Assembly: GCA_019058445.1 (NCBI GenBank)
Contig: JAHPZA010000010.1
Location: 320,001 to 384,000, forward strand
Length of the DNA stretch: 64,000 bases
Direction: 5' to 3'
Origin: Promethearchaeota archaeon
GTDB taxonomy: Archaea > Asgardarchaeota > Lokiarchaeia > Sigyniarchaeales > SOKP01
Shown: positions 39,489-49,864 of the stretch, piece after piece
Layout: every line of letters begins with the position of its first letter
Position numbering within the stretch: the first letter of the stretch is position 1
Position numbers and translations under genes: made by a program
The notes under the pieces: generated by a model
Databases searched by the model: none
Told to the model about the DNA's origin: nothing
The model's input: the letters and a program-made list of their open reading frames with translations, nothing else

Positions 39489-40750
39489 AAATAATCATCA
39501 CAAAAAATAAGTCTATCGGGAATCCATTCAAATAAATTATCAATTGATTCTTCAAGCTTTTGTTTCCAATTATCTCCAAAAATGCCTTGATACCACATTT
39601 TTGCATCAATTTCTACTAGGGTTTTAATTTCTTCATATATTTCAGATAATATATTTAAAATAAATTCTTCAGTCCAAACCTCTTCTCTTAATTGAAACCA
39701 TCGGTTTTTGAGCTCAGTTCTAAATTCTGCATTGTGCAATAATCTATTATATAAATAATTTCTTGACATTATTTCATTGGTAGGATCCTCGCGAGAACTA
39801 TATTTTCTGCTGTAAAACTGTCCAAAACTAGAATCAAAGTCCCATGGGATAAGAATGAATTTATTTGGATATGAATTTCTGACTAAAAAATAGTTTTGAG
39901 ACCAAAAATCTTTATGTAATTGAAAAAAATTAAAAAGATAAAAGTCGATAAGATTTAATTTGTCAAATTTGGAATATATTCCTGAAGTGGAGTTAAAGAA
40001 TTGACTTTCATTAGAATTTCTTATAAATGAAGTTAAATCAATCATAACAGAATCCATAATAAAATATCCCTCATCTTCATTCGGCCAGTCTTGGTCCCAA
40101 TCACCTTGAGAGTAAGCTATAAAATTCATATCATGAGAGCCAGCTTGGAAAATTAAACTAGAATAGATATTATGTTGTGGATCACTTAATTCGAATAATC
40201 TTCTGTCATTTTTCTCAGCAAGCAAGTAAATGCCCTGAAATTTCCCATTTATATATAATATTACATATTCAGAATCAGGTAGCATTGCCGTAGGATTTGT
40301 TTGTTGAAGGCTCCGCCACAGATCAAAAGATAATTTTACTCTCATGTGGGGTAAATCCAAAAACAAAGCAAATAGTTGCCAGTCATCATCCTTTCTCATT
40401 CCTAGTAATGACTTTTGTTGAGATAGTTCAATCCTATATCCCTTTTTTGGCATTTGTGCATTAAATGATCCTCTAATTTTAATTTTAGATTTCATTGGAG
40501 AAACTGATTCGGACTCCTTTTTGCTAATTAACTCAAATGTACAACTTATATAATCCTCGTTATCTAACTCCTCCTCTTCGCAATCAATATTAATTTTAGG
40601 GATTTCTGTTTGATTAATAGGTGAATTCAAGTAATAAGTGAAATAAATAAGAAATGAAAATAGAAAAGCACCAATTATTAAAACTACAAATAATATTCTT
40701 CTATTTCGATTTATTGGAACATTTTTATTTAATTTATTAATCGGTATCAT
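39476..40750 (-). CDS. CotH-family kinase with N-terminal membrane anchor
   Basis: KIRGS...PKKGYRIEL, DDDWQL, YINGKFQGIYLLAE, HKDFWSQNY, IPWDFDSSFG. Confidence 0.9.
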   Translation of the reverse strand: MIPINKLNKNVPINRNRRILFVVLIIGAFLFSFLIYFTYYLNSPINQTEIPKINIDCEEEELDNEDYISCTFELISKKESESVSPMKSKIKIRGSFNAQMPKKGYRIELSQQKSLLGMRKDDDWQLFALFLDLPHMRVKLSFDLWRSLQQTNPTAMLPDSEYVILYINGKFQGIYLLAEKNDRRLFELSDPQHNIYSSLIFQAGSHDMNFIAYSQGDWDQDWPNEDEGYFIMDSVMIDLTSFIRNSNESQFFNSTSGIYSKFDKLNLIDFYLFNFFQLHKDFWSQNYFLVRNSYPNKFILIPWDFDSSFGQFYSRKYSSREDPTNEIMSRNYLYNRLLHNAEFRTELKNRWFQLREEVWTEEFILNILSEIYEEIKTLVEIDAKMWYQGIFGDNWKQKLEESIDNLFEWIPDRLIFCDDYFQAL

Positions 40751-40890
40751 GAAAAAAATCTTTCAATTTCTGAGATAATTTTGACAATAAAGATATATAA
40801 ATATTATTCCTAAATTTTATGAATGTTTAATTAGAAAATATTGATTATATGGAGTGTATGTGATAATTCTTAAATTTTTTCAAACTTTTC

Positions 40891-42249
40891 TTGAATAATA
40901 TGACTGATATTAGAAGTAGTCCTTTTGGTTCAAAAATCTATTATTATTTTCGAAATTTTAATCAGATATCGGATGATTTGATTCGGTTAATCAAAAATAA
41001 TGGATTTGATGGATTTTCAGCTCAAGGTATCTCTAGTTTTTTTACATTTCGTTTTCCTATAGGCAATTTGACGATGTTTAATGATTACTATAAAATTCCT
41101 TGTGGTTCTGAACTAAAAGAAAATAAAATTAATACATATTGGTGTCCAAAATTTGCTTCCATTAACATTTCTTTTGATGAAGCTCTAATGAGAGTAGAAC
41201 ATTTGCTTTTAACTTCAATTAAAGATTTAATAAGGGGAAAGAAAAAAATTGGATTTGCTATGAGTGGAGGTGTCGATAGTTCCCTCGTGGTAGCATTAGC
41301 TAGAAAATTACTACCTGACGATGAGTTATATACATATTCTGCTGGTTTTTATGGAGAGGATGAATTTGAATATTCTAGATTAGTTGCTGAAAAGCTTAAT
41401 ACTCAACATACAGAGAAAATACTAAATAAAGAGAACTATATTGGTAAGGATTCATTATTAGCACCATTAATTTGCCAAAAAGGAGAACCGCTACATCCAA
41501 ATGAAATCGCTTTGGCCAATATAGAACAATTTGCTAAAAAAGATGGATGTGATATTTTTTTGTGTGGTGAAGGAGCAGATGATATATTTGGAGGATATGG
41601 ACAAAATTTTAAAATGTATATGAATTATGAAAGAGATAAACCTTTTTTTAAATTTTTTTTGGATAATTATCGTTACTTTAGCATTGAAGATAGAAACAGC
41701 TTACTTCATAAAGATTATATCATTGATGACTATAAGATTTTAATGGATACCTTAGATGAATCTGAATTACCTAAAGACATCAAAAATTATGTCCCGTATT
41801 TTACTCAAAAAGTTCATACAATTGGATTAATTACTCGGGGATATAATGCAATGAGTTTTAATGGTTTGACTCCGGGATTTCCTTTCATAAATATGGAACT
41901 TGTTAATTTTGTAAATTCATTACCATTTAAATTTAAAGTAAATTGGAAAGATAAAAAATCAAAAAAAAAAGCCATTGGCTTAAATTTTAGAGATATAAGT
42001 GAAGTTTTTGACATTCCAAAGTATATATTGAAGAAATTAGCTGAAAAATATTTACCTAATAAGGTAATTTATAGACCAAAATATGGTTTTCCCGTACCTT
42101 TCGACTTTTGGTTCGAAGAATTAAAAGAATGGGACTTGAATGAAGAGATTTTTAAATCTAATAACTTAACCAACCTAAATGGTTGGAAAAAATTTATGAT
42201 AATAAATTTAAACACATTCCTGAATGAGTTTATTAAATATAGAAATTAA
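40891..42249 (+). CDS. Asparagine synthase-like ATP pyrophosphatase/amide ligase lacking an intact N-terminal glutaminase domain
   Basis: MSGGVDSS PP-loop, GEGADDIFGGY, PF, KYILK, RPKYGFPVP; no N-terminal Cys. Confidence 0.82.
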   Translation: MNNMTDIRSSPFGSKIYYYFRNFNQISDDLIRLIKNNGFDGFSAQGISSFFTFRFPIGNLTMFNDYYKIPCGSELKENKINTYWCPKFASINISFDEALMRVEHLLLTSIKDLIRGKKKIGFAMSGGVDSSLVVALARKLLPDDELYTYSAGFYGEDEFEYSRLVAEKLNTQHTEKILNKENYIGKDSLLAPLICQKGEPLHPNEIALANIEQFAKKDGCDIFLCGEGADDIFGGYGQNFKMYMNYERDKPFFKFFLDNYRYFSIEDRNSLLHKDYIIDDYKILMDTLDESELPKDIKNYVPYFTQKVHTIGLITRGYNAMSFNGLTPGFPFINMELVNFVNSLPFKFKVNWKDKKSKKKAIGLNFRDISEVFDIPKYILKKLAEKYLPNKVIYRPKYGFPVPFDFWFEELKEWDLNEEIFKSNNLTNLNGWKKFMIINLNTFLNEFIKYRN

Positions 42250-42278
42250 TTAATATAAATTAAAAATTACCAATAATA

Positions 42279-43016
42279 ATGAAGATTCTTATATTAGCAG
42301 CAGGGAAAGGAGAAAGATTATACCCATTGACAAAAAATACACCTAAACCTTTAATCGATCTTGGAGACGGAGAAACATTATTGGAGAAGCAATTAAAATC
42401 TTTATCTGAATCAAAAGTTATCGATGAAGTTGTAATTGTGATTGGTTATTTATGCGAACAAGTGGAATCGAAACTAAAGAATTTTAAAACAGATTTGAAG
42501 ATTAGGACACTTTATAATCCATTCTATGATATGTCTAATAATCTAATTACCCTATGGTTGAGTAAGTATGAAATGAACGAAGATTTTCTTATTAGTAACG
42601 GAGATAACTTGTATACATACGATGTGGTTAGGGATCTTGTAAATGAAACTAATGACGGAATTTATGTAACAATTTGTTATCGGGACAATTTAAAAGAAGA
42701 TGATATGAAAGTTCTATTAGATGAAAATAAAAAAATCTTAAAAGTTAGTAAAGAGATCAACGAAAGCAGCATTGAGTCCGTTGGCTTAGTAAAAGTAAAG
42801 GGTCAAAAATATAGAAAAATATATCAAGATGTATTGGAACAATTAGCTCGTAATAAAAAATATTTAAATAAATTTTGGTTAGAAACATTTAACACTTTAG
42901 CAGATAAAGGTGTAGAAATAAATTCTTTTGAAATTGAAAATAACAAATGGCGAGAAGTAGATTTTCACTTTGATTTAAAAGATTTAAAAGAATTGATTAA
43001 AGATTTTAAAATTTAA
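42279..43016 (+). CDS. LicC-like nucleotidyltransferase
   Basis: ILAAGKGERL..LT..TPKPL, YNPFY...NN, NGD, DDMKV, ESVG, WREVD. Confidence 0.85.
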   Translation: MKILILAAGKGERLYPLTKNTPKPLIDLGDGETLLEKQLKSLSESKVIDEVVIVIGYLCEQVESKLKNFKTDLKIRTLYNPFYDMSNNLITLWLSKYEMNEDFLISNGDNLYTYDVVRDLVNETNDGIYVTICYRDNLKEDDMKVLLDENKKILKVSKEINESSIESVGLVKVKGQKYRKIYQDVLEQLARNKKYLNKFWLETFNTLADKGVEINSFEIENNKWREVDFHFDLKDLKELIKDFKI

Positions 43017-43051
43017 TAATATACCTTGGAAATCTATTTCGATTAATAAAA

Positions 43052-44116
43052 ATGAGTCTAAAAACGCAGATTTTGGGAATTTTTAAATATTTGATTAAAT
43101 GGTTAAAAAAAATAATCGAACCAAAATATCTTACACCGGAAAATAAGTTCTCACCAAAAAATTATGGTATTATTAACCGCTTGAATAAAATAAATCCATT
43201 AGAAACCTTTTCTAATAGAGATGATTTAAAAAAAAAAATAATAAAGGTTTATGGAATCCAAGTTGAATATCCTTTAAAAATTAAAGAAAAATCTAAAGGA
43301 ATCAAAAAAATTAAAGCTAATATTCAATATAAGGGCATTTTTTATGATCTTTCATATTTCATGAGCTATGATAATATTAAAATTCCTTTAATTGTGATAT
43401 ATCCATCGAATTTTGATATTAAAAAGAAATATCCAACTATAATTCTTTTCTCTGGACATGGTACTGCTGTTCAGGTGGCTTTTGAAAAAACATCTTATCA
43501 ACATGGGTGCGGAATTAATTTAGCAGAAAGTGGTTTTCTTGTTTACATAATGGAAAATCGCGGAATGGGAAAATTATCTTATCTTGGAAATCATCTTCGT
43601 ATTGATGCAGTAGCCAGATTAGCTGGAGGGACTTGGTATGGCGAGCTAATTACTGATGCATTATGGTTAGTTGAAAATTTGCATCATGAGCCCCATGTCA
43701 ATATTTCCGCAATTGGTACAGCAGGAGTATCTACTGGGGGAGCATTAAGTATGATCGTATCTTCTTTAGATGAACGAATTGCTGCTACTTATGTGCAGGG
43801 ATTTTTAGGTTCCTATAAAACTTCTTTTGGAACTCGAGGTACTCATTGTTTATGTGGTCATATTCCGGGTATTTTAGAGATTGGTGATATGTCGGATATA
43901 GCTTCTCTTATAGCACCTCGTCCCGCTTTATTTGTCAATGGTACAAAAGATAGCTTTTATACGAAAGATGCTCAAATTGCTTTTAATAAAATATATCAAG
44001 TTTATGAAAATTTAGGAGCAGAAGAAAAATCTAAATTTTTAGCTCCAATTGGGATTGGGCATGAATTTTCTATTGGGACCGCAATCAGTTGGTTTTCTGA
44101 GCATTTTAGTACATAA
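43052..44116 (+). CDS. Alpha/beta hydrolase (esterase/deacetylase-like)
   Basis: GVSTGG nucleophile elbow, SGHG, APRPALFVNGTKD, GHEF. Confidence 0.82.
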   Translation: MSLKTQILGIFKYLIKWLKKIIEPKYLTPENKFSPKNYGIINRLNKINPLETFSNRDDLKKKIIKVYGIQVEYPLKIKEKSKGIKKIKANIQYKGIFYDLSYFMSYDNIKIPLIVIYPSNFDIKKKYPTIILFSGHGTAVQVAFEKTSYQHGCGINLAESGFLVYIMENRGMGKLSYLGNHLRIDAVARLAGGTWYGELITDALWLVENLHHEPHVNISAIGTAGVSTGGALSMIVSSLDERIAATYVQGFLGSYKTSFGTRGTHCLCGHIPGILEIGDMSDIASLIAPRPALFVNGTKDSFYTKDAQIAFNKIYQVYENLGAEEKSKFLAPIGIGHEFSIGTAISWFSEHFST

Positions 44117-44220
44117 ATGATATTATATTAATTATAATCCTTTTTGAGAGAATAAATTCCATTTCAAAAAGAGCTAAGACTTTTATAAGAGTTAATGATT
44201 TGAGTCTAAAAAAGGAAAAA

Positions 44221-45012
44221 TTATTTGAAATATTTAATTAAATCTGTGGCTTTATTTAATATGATATCTGGTTTAAATTCGGATTGTTGAATCATTTCTC
44301 TAGAAGTTTCACCAGTTAATACACAGATAGTTGTTACACCTGCTTCATTTCCCATCCTAATATCAGTATATAAACGATCTCCAATAAGAACTGCATCTTT
44401 GGGTGTTAAATTCAGTTCTCGTAATTTATATAAAAGCATTTCTTTATTAGGCTTACCAAAAATAATTGGGTTCTTTCCTGTACTTTCATAAAATAGGGCA
44501 ATCATAGACCCGGTATCGGGAATGTAGCCTTTTTTTGTAGGACAAACTTTATCTGGATGGGTCGCTATATATGGAAGACCATCTTGTAAAAAGTAAGCTG
44601 CTTTCTCCAGTTTTTCATAGGTTAATTCTTTATCAAAGGCCAAAACAACAATTTGAGGTTTTTTATCTGTAAGCTCAAATCCTTTTTCTATAAATTCTTT
44701 TTGTAAGGATTTGGTTCCTAAAAGATAAATTCGCTTAAAATTGTTATCTCTTAAATATTGAATAGTTGGATGAGTGGAAATAATTATATTCTCTTTGTTA
44801 ATCTCCAACCCTACATCTCTTAATTTATTATAATAATCAGTAGTAGAAATGCTCGAGTTATTTGATAGAAAAAAGAGTTGTTTCTTATTTTTTAATAAAT
44901 TGATAAGCTCTTTAATGTTGTCAAATAAAATGCCGTCTAAATAAATTGTACCATCTAAATCAAGAAAAAAAACTTTTTTCTCCTTTATTTTTTCCAAATT
45001 CGCATTGTTCAC
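44221..45012 (-). CDS. HAD-IIA (NagD-like) phosphatase
   Basis: DLDGT, LSNNS, GKPN, IGDRLYTDI, VLTG. Confidence 0.92.
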   Translation of the reverse strand: MNNANLEKIKEKKVFFLDLDGTIYLDGILFDNIKELINLLKNKKQLFFLSNNSSISTTDYYNKLRDVGLEINKENIIISTHPTIQYLRDNNFKRIYLLGTKSLQKEFIEKGFELTDKKPQIVVLAFDKELTYEKLEKAAYFLQDGLPYIATHPDKVCPTKKGYIPDTGSMIALFYESTGKNPIIFGKPNKEMLLYKLRELNLTPKDAVLIGDRLYTDIRMGNEAGVTTICVLTGETSREMIQQSEFKPDIILNKATDLIKYFK

Positions 45013-45134
45013 TTCGTCGATATTAATAACCTTATCACTGTTCTATATTTTATTCTTTTATTCTTAATTAGATTGAATAATTGATAATTTTAATAATCTT
45101 TCTGATAAAAAATGAACTAAAATCTTAGAGCAAA

Positions 45135-46406
45135 TTAGAATTGGTTAAAATACAAATCACAAAACTCTAATCGCTTAGGAATCCAATCAAATAGCCAATC
45201 AATGGATTCTTCAATACTTTCTTTCCAATCATCTCCAAAAAGCCATGGATACCATTTATTTGAATCAATTTCTAATACTTCTTTAATCTCATCATACATA
45301 TCAGATATCATATCCATAATAGTTTCTTCAGTCCAAAGGTCTATTCTGAGTTGATTCCATCTTATTTTACACTCTTCTCTAAATTCTTCATTTTTCAATA
45401 ATCTATTAAACAATTCATTATTATTCAATATGAAATCTTCATGACTTGTATCGGGGCTGCTATTTCTTTTCAACCATTGACCAAAACATCTGTCAAAATC
45501 CCATGGTACTAGAAAAAGTTTACTAGGATAGGTATTTCGTACAATAAAATAGTTATGATCCCAAAAATCGTCATGAAGTATGAAGAAATTATACACAAAA
45601 AAGTCAATTAAGTTCTGCTTATCGAATTTTGAAAAAATTCCCATTTCTTCATCAAAAAAAATATCATCAGGAGAATCCCTTATATATGACACTAATTCAC
45701 TCATTATAGCATCCATAATATAAATCCCTTCATCTTCATTAGGCCAATCTTGTTCCCACTCTTCACTTAAATATGTTATAAAATTTTTATGAAAATAAGA
45801 GGATTGAAAAATAAAACTAGAATAAATATTATTCTGAGCATCATCTAAACCGAATAGCCTTCTATCGTTCTTTTCCATTAAAAGGTAAAGACCTTGATAA
45901 TCTCCGTTTAAATATAAGCAAATAAATTCAGATTCAGGAAGGATAGCAGTGGGATTGGTTGGTTCAAGAGCACGATAAAGATCACAAGCAAGCTTAATTT
46001 GCATATGGTTTAAATCGCTATACATAGCCATTAATAACCAATCATCGTCCTTTCGCATATCAAGTAATGAGACTGCTTTTGATAGCTCTAATCGATATCC
46101 TTTTTTCGGTAAATCCGCATTATATCGCCCTCTGATTTTTATTTTTGATTTAATGCGCTCTATTGATTCTGATGATGATTTATCATCTAACTCAACTATG
46201 CAATCAATATAGTCCTTATTATCAATCTCCCCTTCAGTAATTATATTTATTGTAGGAAAATCAGAAGGAGTTGTAGGAGCATTTAAAATATATGTATAAC
46301 AAAAAATAAATGAAACGAGGAACACACCAACTATATTCATTACTATTAATTCTTTTCTGCGCCTATGTCTTGGAACATTTCCGTCAGTTTTTTTTAAGAG
46401 GGGCAT
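45135..46406 (-). CDS. CotH-family kinase with N-terminal membrane anchor, paralog of 39476..40750
   Basis: KIRG...PKKGYRLEL, DDDWLL, HDDFWDHNY, VPWDFD; shared QDWPNEDEG. Confidence 0.9.
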   Translation of the reverse strand: MPLLKKTDGNVPRHRRRKELIVMNIVGVFLVSFIFCYTYILNAPTTPSDFPTINIITEGEIDNKDYIDCIVELDDKSSSESIERIKSKIKIRGRYNADLPKKGYRLELSKAVSLLDMRKDDDWLLMAMYSDLNHMQIKLACDLYRALEPTNPTAILPESEFICLYLNGDYQGLYLLMEKNDRRLFGLDDAQNNIYSSFIFQSSYFHKNFITYLSEEWEQDWPNEDEGIYIMDAIMSELVSYIRDSPDDIFFDEEMGIFSKFDKQNLIDFFVYNFFILHDDFWDHNYFIVRNTYPSKLFLVPWDFDRCFGQWLKRNSSPDTSHEDFILNNNELFNRLLKNEEFREECKIRWNQLRIDLWTEETIMDMISDMYDEIKEVLEIDSNKWYPWLFGDDWKESIEESIDWLFDWIPKRLEFCDLYFNQF

Positions 46407-46613
46407 GCGTTAAAGAACTCTTTGTTTCTTGGATAATATGTTATCTAATAAATATAACAAGTATGGAATTAAAAATTTTTCCACACTACTCCAAACCTCA
46501 CTACTTAATTTTACGATTAAAATGCTTAAAACCTAATTCAGATTTGTCTTGAAAAGCAAATATGAAAGTTTTTTATGTAATTTACTATTTTATAAATAAA
46601 TATTTTAATAAGT

Positions 46614-48896
46614 TTGGTTGATCTTCAAATAAAATTTAATGAAATAGCTTTAAAATTAGAATCAAGAGATCAAGTTTTTTTATTTTTAATTTCATTATTA
46701 ACATTATTAGCTGTTTTTTGTCATATCATTAAATTAAATATTCTTATAGGCATACCTGAAATTGGCATCTTAGAATTCTTATTCCAGATAATAATTATTT
46801 TAAGCACAATATATATTATTATATTCTTACCTTCTTACCCCGTTTTTTTTATAATATTCAAAAATAGTGGATTTTCATCATTAGAAAAGTTGAATTTAAC
46901 TATAATTATTAATTTATCATTTTACATTCTAAGTGCCTATATAGGGTTTTTTATGGGAGCCCCTATTACAGCAATGTTTTTTTTCTTAACATTATTAATT
47001 ATATACCTCTCTATTGTTTCCTATATTATCCTTCAGGAATTTCGGACTAATAAATACAGATTTTTTAGGCTTAAAGAAGTGGACAAAACAAAATTTGAGA
47101 AATTCTCTTTTCCAAAATATGTCAAAAGAATACTCTCGACAAACGGGTTTCTTTTAATACTATTCCTTTTATTGATTTGTATCCTAAATGTGGTTAGATT
47201 CACTTATTTCTTCGGGACTGATCCATGGCTTCATATTTTTATAATTAAATTGATTGTCAGGATGAGATATTTACCGTTGGAAGAATATTATGGATCTGTT
47301 GGTTTACCTATATTTGGGGCAGTGATTCATTTCTTTTCCGGCGTTGATATAATTTTAATACCTAAATGGTTCGTATTTTATACTATTCTTGTATCTGCAT
47401 TAGTTTTTTACAATATTTTGATGAAAGTTTTTAATAATCAATCTTTAGCCATATTTGGCGTATTTATTATAGAATTTGCCGGATTAGGATTTGCTTATAT
47501 GATGTATCAGTTTTGGCCATCCCACTTAGTTATTATTCAATCACTAACTATTTTTTTTCTGCTTTACGACAGACTTTTGAATTTTTTACAAGAAGAAAGA
47601 CCTACGAAAGAAGAAGTCTTCTCTAAGATTTGGCTTTATTATATTATAATAACTCTAATTTTTATTACCGCAATACTTACGCATGCACTTACATCCATAA
47701 TCTTTTTAATCTCATTTATATGGATTTTTTTTATTTATTTCGTAAAGGATTATAGGAGGGGTTTTGATTTTATATTGCTATTATTATTAGGAGGAATTTA
47801 CCTCACTTTTTACGTGTTTGGTTTGAGCTCTGAGCATTTCTTTTTTTTAGATAACTCGAGCTTTTCTTTTTCATTCTTACTCATTTTCGCCTTTATCGGA
47901 ACTAGCATAATTGGAATAATAATTATCTGGAAAATCAAAAATACATTATTGTTTACCAAGGGAAGATTTAAGTTAGTGATAATGGGTAAAAAATATAGCT
48001 ATTATAAAACAATTGAGGATAAAATTATTATCCCCTTGGCTTTGAGTATAGTGGGGGGATTAACTATATTTTTCACAATTGGTAATGTTATATGGTTTAA
48101 TCTTCCATTAACCATAATATTTGCAGGAATGGAACTCATGTTATTTGTAGCTTTTGGTATATGGGGCATTTTAATATTTCAAAAAAAGCCTAGAGGTAAA
48201 TTGTTTTTTATATGGGCAATATTTTTCCTTTTCTTTTTCTCAGCAGTATTTCTTTTTGATGTACTTTCAACCAATTCAAAATACTGGGCAAGAGTGTTTT
48301 TTATAATGCCTCCATTGTTAGTTATTGGTTTTATTTCATACGTTTACAAGTTAATAAGAACTAACTCCATTACTAAAAGAAGAACGAAATATTTTATTTC
48401 ATTTTTAATTATTTTTTCTTTATCCACTTCTTATACCCATGAATTTTTCACGGTCCAATATGTCAGTTTAAATAAACGTCAAGTAGGGGGTGCTATTTGG
48501 TATTCAAAACATACCGAAGATAAAAATGTAATTATCACAGAATTTGGTTTTAATTATATGTTTATGTATTATGATTATCCCTATAGTGAGGGGGATACAG
48601 ACTTGAGGGGGAGACATATTCATAAGTTTATTGATGCTAGAGAAGATGATTTGTTTCAGCCAGAGGAACAAACTGATGAAGTTGATGGGGATGAATTGAA
48701 GGAAATAAAAGAAGAGGAAGAAACTGATGTGGTTCTTACACCGGATGATCAATATTATAAAAACGATGGATGGGATACATATGGATATTTAGATGAAGAA
48801 GACAAAGAAGAATATTATGAAGCTCATTATTTGAATAGGATATATTCAGCAAGATCAGAAGATGGTGAAGAAAATGCTTATTATTGGGTCGTTTAA
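46614..48896 (+). CDS. Large polytopic membrane protein, possibly GT-C fold, with acidic C-terminal domain
   Basis: More than 15 hydrophobic segments, GTDPWLH loop, LTHALT, D/E-rich C-terminus. Confidence 0.55.
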   Translation: MVDLQIKFNEIALKLESRDQVFLFLISLLTLLAVFCHIIKLNILIGIPEIGILEFLFQIIIILSTIYIIIFLPSYPVFFIIFKNSGFSSLEKLNLTIIINLSFYILSAYIGFFMGAPITAMFFFLTLLIIYLSIVSYIILQEFRTNKYRFFRLKEVDKTKFEKFSFPKYVKRILSTNGFLLILFLLLICILNVVRFTYFFGTDPWLHIFIIKLIVRMRYLPLEEYYGSVGLPIFGAVIHFFSGVDIILIPKWFVFYTILVSALVFYNILMKVFNNQSLAIFGVFIIEFAGLGFAYMMYQFWPSHLVIIQSLTIFFLLYDRLLNFLQEERPTKEEVFSKIWLYYIIITLIFITAILTHALTSIIFLISFIWIFFIYFVKDYRRGFDFILLLLLGGIYLTFYVFGLSSEHFFFLDNSSFSFSFLLIFAFIGTSIIGIIIIWKIKNTLLFTKGRFKLVIMGKKYSYYKTIEDKIIIPLALSIVGGLTIFFTIGNVIWFNLPLTIIFAGMELMLFVAFGIWGILIFQKKPRGKLFFIWAIFFLFFFSAVFLFDVLSTNSKYWARVFFIMPPLLVIGFISYVYKLIRTNSITKRRTKYFISFLIIFSLSTSYTHEFFTVQYVSLNKRQVGGAIWYSKHTEDKNVIITEFGFNYMFMYYDYPYSEGDTDLRGRHIHKFIDAREDDLFQPEEQTDEVDGDELKEIKEEEETDVVLTPDDQYYKNDGWDTYGYLDEEDKEEYYEAHYLNRIYSARSEDGEENAYYWVV

Positions 48897-48913
48897 ATAT
48901 CTGGTATGTAAGG

Positions 48914-49705
48914 TCATTTGAACACCTCATAATCTCCAGGAAACAAATCTTCAATCTTTTTTTTTAGTATTCCGTTTTTATACCCCTCGATTTTAATTAG
49001 CTGAGGAATTTTTCCTGCATGTCCAATTTTATTTTCTCTTGAAATAAATGCGCCATAAACCCCATCAATATCATCTATCGCATCCAATCCTTTTTTGATG
49101 GATTTTTCAATATCAGGACCTTTAACTAAATTGGCGATCTTAGTAGCAGCAGCATCTCCTAATGTGGCATTTTTTGCAAACACAGTAGCTGCGTCTGCCT
49201 GGCCTAAGCTTATCGCATGTCCAATTGTGGCGGAACTAGTTCCAAGTCCTATTGGACAATCTTTTTTCTGAATTAAAAACCCAATATTAAGATTTAATTG
49301 ATTTTCACCTGCATACAAAGCTATTTTCATATCCTTTTCAGAGTCTACGGCAATTTCTCCACCATTTTCTACTAATGCGATTTTTGCAGGTTGGAAATCA
49401 AGAATATTATCGGACTTCATCGCATCTAGCATAAGATCTGCTAATGCACCCGCAACTGCGGCCATTGGCCCCACTCCGCAGATTTCAGTAGCTTCTGCCA
49501 TTAGGTTTATTACACTTAAATCAGTTTTTACTTTAACTGGAGAAAATGATTTTAAAAAACGTTTATCTTTTAATACATATTGTTCTAATATCTTTCGATG
49601 ATGATAAAATTCTTTTCTAGCTCTAATAATGGCTTCTTTAGATTCAGAAAGAATGGTAATATCAGATTCTTTTTCCGTAAAATGAAATTTATATACCAAG
49701 TCCAA
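48914..49705 (-). CDS. UPF0280 / ApbE-like protein
   Basis: GVGPMAAVAGALAD, VENGGEI, TSSATIGHAISLGQADAA, DAAAT. Confidence 0.88.
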   Translation of the reverse strand: MDLVYKFHFTEKESDITILSESKEAIIRARKEFYHHRKILEQYVLKDKRFLKSFSPVKVKTDLSVINLMAEATEICGVGPMAAVAGALADLMLDAMKSDNILDFQPAKIALVENGGEIAVDSEKDMKIALYAGENQLNLNIGFLIQKKDCPIGLGTSSATIGHAISLGQADAATVFAKNATLGDAAATKIANLVKGPDIEKSIKKGLDAIDDIDGVYGAFISRENKIGHAGKIPQLIKIEGYKNGILKKKIEDLFPGDYEVFK

Positions 49706-49864
49706 TATTTTAATATGGGTTGATTTAATTCTAATATATTGAATTTAATATTTAATTAAATATAAATAAAAATTCTATTATTAATTTATAAAGTAATCAT
49801 AGATTCGTTATCTATCAATTCTAGAAATTTAACAGAAATGTGCTAAATAGAGGAGGTATGAGTT

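Noticed and set aside
40858-40866. In-frame ATG-TGA upstream of the AsnB-like gene as a recoded Met-Cys/Sec start
   Set aside because: Immediately followed by TAA and only 11 codons upstream, too short to restore a glutaminase domain
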